A DNA stretch of 60,519 nucleotides from Ministeria vibrans ATCC 50519. Lineage: Eukaryota; Protista; Filasterea. Shown here one piece after another: positions 57,383-60,519 of the stretch (positions within the stretch are counted from its first letter, which is position 1; every line of letters begins with the position of its first letter). Under the pieces are notes generated by a model. It saw only the letters and a list, made by a program, of their open reading frames with translations, was not told the origin of the DNA and made no database searches. Location: NCBI GenBank assembly GCA_943704425.1, contig CALSCP010002675.1, positions 43,709-104,227 on the forward strand, written 5' to 3'. Position numbers and translations under genes: made by a program.

Positions 57383-60240
57383 TCACTCGGATGGTTCGGC
57401 GGGAAGAGGCTCCGCCTCAGGAGGTGCGTCTGCAGCGACAGGTGCGTCTGCAGCGACAGGTGCGTCTGCAGCGGCAGGTGGGTTGGGATTCTCTGCAGCC
57501 GGGTCGGGGTTCTCAGCAGAGGGGGGCAAGGACTGAGTGGACGGTGTGTTGGACGAGGTGGACGCAGGTCGCCCAAGGACGGAATTGCCCCGACGCATTT
57601 CAAAGTACTCTTTGGGAAACTCGACGGCAATGCCGAATGCGTCCTTGGATAAAAAAATTATATTAGTTGAGGATAAAAGTATTCGTAGGCTCGCAAAAGA
57701 CGTACCTCGGCTGAGCCAACGTCGCTGGCAGCATCGACGTCCTTGAGAGCAAAGCACGACATGAGTGCCTTGAGCAGCGGCTTAGGAATGTCCGCGTACA
57801 GACGTGGCAGGTTCTTGCGCTTCTGCTCAAAGCACCGATGCACGTTGCTGAATATTGGTAAAGCCGCGGGAAGAGGGAGAACAAAAAGATGAGTAACAGA
57901 CACAGAAGAGCCACGGAGTTACCTGAGTTCCTTCTCAAAGTGAATTTCGGAGAAGACGCCAGCAGTGACACCCGTCAGGGCAAACTCGTTAGGGGGCAGA
58001 AAGTTGCTGAGAAGCTGCTGCATGTTGGCCTGAAAGGCAGTCGCCCACTTGCTAGGAATGCCCTTGAGGCCTGACTTGTACTTGCCTGCACCAGAAAAAC
58101 AATACGAAGTATGAGAGTGAATGTTTGAGACGAATGCTTTCTTTAAATTTTGCTCAATGACTTTGTTTCTTTCTCTCTCACTATCACATTTCTCTCTGTC
58201 TATGACTTCTTTCTTTCTCTATCACTTGTTTCTCCTTCCTTTCTTTGTCTTGTTTTCTTTCTCCCTCCTTTCTCTCTCTCTGTTTTGTACGTACCGTTGT
58301 TATCCACTGTAGAGATGGACTGGAAGACATTGCCGACCGACGTGAGGATCTGCTTGGCCTGCAGTGAGAGTCGCTCCGTTGAAAATCCAAAAGAACTCGG
58401 AGAAATCAGTGACTGTGAAACGAGAGAGAAATTGAGTGGTTTGTGGATAAGGAAAATGAACAGAAAGCGATAGAGACAAAGTGAAAGAAAAAATTGTAAT
58501 AAAGAGAGAAGTATGTCTCTAAGTTTTTTCGTACCTCACAGATAAAGTGCTGAAAAAGCATATTGTTGACAACTACAAATGAGGCAAAAAAAATCAGAAC
58601 AAAAAAAAACGAAGGAAATATATAACAAAGAGAATGAGACCAATCTTGGAGGTGTCGTCGCTTTTGTACTTCTGCTTGCAAGCAGAAGCGAGCTGGAAGA
58701 GCACCCACCGCACTTCCTCGGGAAGATCATCGTTGAGAGCCGCAATGCGTTCGCCCATCTTCATCACAAACGGCTGACACAAAATGAGGTTGAGTGTCAG
58801 ATCATATTAGTATGGGACACAAAAAAAAAAAAAAACAAAACAAAAAAAAGGGTAGTGTACCTCAAGAAACTTCCAGTTGGTCTTGATATCGGCGAGACAA
58901 CCGTCAAAGGACATAGACTCGACGTACTTTGCCATTGAGCCGTCGTTGAGCTCCAACAGCAGCGGATCGATCAGGTTCTGTCAACAAAATACGGATAAGT
59001 CAATACGAGAGCGTATATCAATGAGCAAGACAGTCGAATGGATACCTGCAGGTAGTTTCCGGCAACGCCACTGAGGTATTTGCAGATAAACTGAGTGGTG
59101 TAGGCAGTTGCCAGAAACGCTTCTTTCGCGGTCTTGTCGGTGGTCTCGACCTCTGCCCGACACAATGGAGGAAAATCAGAGAAGGAAAATCACACACACT
59201 CGCTTGTCATGATTTCATTTTTTCCCTAACTATCACTTTGGTTCTCTTTGTTTCTTTCACACTCCTCTGTAGTTCGTACCAATAAGACCTTTGATGAACT
59301 TTTGAATGGTGTCGCGGGTAATGTGAACACGCACAAGAGAGTGCATGAAGGAGGAGCGCTCGACGCACTGGTTGGTAAAGGCCAAAATCGAACGCGCATT
59401 GAGCCCTTTGGCGTGCGAGATGACGTTGATGAACCGATGGTACACCTTCAGATAGAATGGAAGAGAAAGAGAGGGGAGGGGGGGAAAGAAACAAAGTGAT
59501 AGAGAGAAGGGAGAAAGAAGCAAAGTGATAGAGAAAGAAACAACGTGATAGAGAAAGAAGGAGGAAAGTAACAAAATGATAGAAAAAGAGCCGAAGAGAC
59601 AAGCACAGACAGACAGAGAGGAGGAGCAAATAGTGATAAAGAAAAAAAAGTGATACAGAGAAAATATTAGTATAGACGATTGACAACAGACGTGTACCTC
59701 CTGAGGATGAATTTTGAAGAGGGAGCGACGGAAGACAACGCGCAAAACACCAAAGCCGATAGACGGTGGAGGCTCACTGGCACCCGTGTTCTCTCGGTCA
59801 AAGTGGATGGGAAACGGTGGGGTTAGAATGTTCCGCTTCTTGATGAGTCCTTTTGCTACTCACGTAAAACAAAAAAGAATGAGCTACCACCAATACGAAT
59901 GTTGACCACGAAACATATTGTGTACCTTCTTTTGAAATGTGCTCCCATAGCTTTTGAGGACGGGAAAGAAAAAACCAACGGGAGAGAGGATTGTCGACGG
60001 TGAGACTGGCAAGGCTAATGAGGGAGGCACCCTTGATGGCGCCCGTCTCGTCGTGAACCGACACACGCAGCCACAGCATGCTGTGGGGGTCACGATTCAT
60101 GTTGAGGTTCTTGATGGTCATGTCGTGGTTGTATTTGGTGCGCCGTTGCGACGTCTTGTCCGTCGTAAAGAGGTCCCCTTGAAACAGTCGCGGTGACTCC
60201 CCTCGTTCCCAGTACACCAGTTGCACCGAGCATCGCACTC
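57383..60240 (-). CDS. C2 domain + degenerate RasGAP domain protein, multi-exon; the 5' end probably lies beyond the window
   Basis: C2-like LRVSVHDE..GASLISLASLTVDNPLSRWFFL; RasGAP-like AEVETT..YLSGVAGNYLQ, LPEEVRWVLFQL, VVNNMLFQHFICE/SLISPSSFGF, ILTSVGNVFQSIS. Confidence 0.7.
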
Positions 60241-60475
60241 CTAAAACGACACAAAAAAGAAAAAAAAACGCATAATTACATAATTCAGTTTGTCCTTTAA
60301 ACTATCATGTGTGTCTTTGTGGTCTCTCTCTCTATCACTTTCTTTCTTTCTTTCTTCTCTCTCTCTCTCGCTCTCTCTCTCTCTCGATTACTTTGTTTCT
60401 TTCTTTTCTCTCTCTCTCTCTCTCTCTCTATTTGTTTCTTTCTCCTCTCTCTCTCTCTCTCTCTATTTGTTTCTT

Positions 60476-60519
<44 letters not shown>

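Overview
Gene-dense eukaryotic DNA with GT-AG introns, (AAT)n/(CT)n microsatellites and four N-gaps (two long, two short). Animal-like POMT2, NOMO, MOB4, ASCC2 and CHK1 in a compact layout suggest a unicellular holozoan or other opisthokont protist (inference). Housekeeping genes rebuilt by manual splicing: MOB4, PCMT1, RNase Z (ELAC2), POMT2, an MAO-type amine oxidase, CDK7, a METTL23-like methyltransferase, ASCC2, NOMO, CHK1, a PP2C, an HA-domain protein and a degenerate C2-RasGAP. Two accessory genes stand out. (1) An NLR-like gene of about 2,100 aa with tandem bacterial-type caspase folds, an NB-ARC/STAND ATPase and near-identical 42-aa TPR repeats with variable positions. (2) A ~16-kb gene for a giant single-pass receptor with about 70 Notch-type EGF repeats, five bacterial-looking beta-sandwich domains each inserted inside an EGF repeat, a ZU5-like juxtamembrane domain with a hexa-Arg furin-type site, and phase-0 introns at one homologous position. 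Remnants of a non-LTR retrotransposon associated with (TTC)n occur near both ends of the window. All assignments come from motif recognition by eye, not from database searches.
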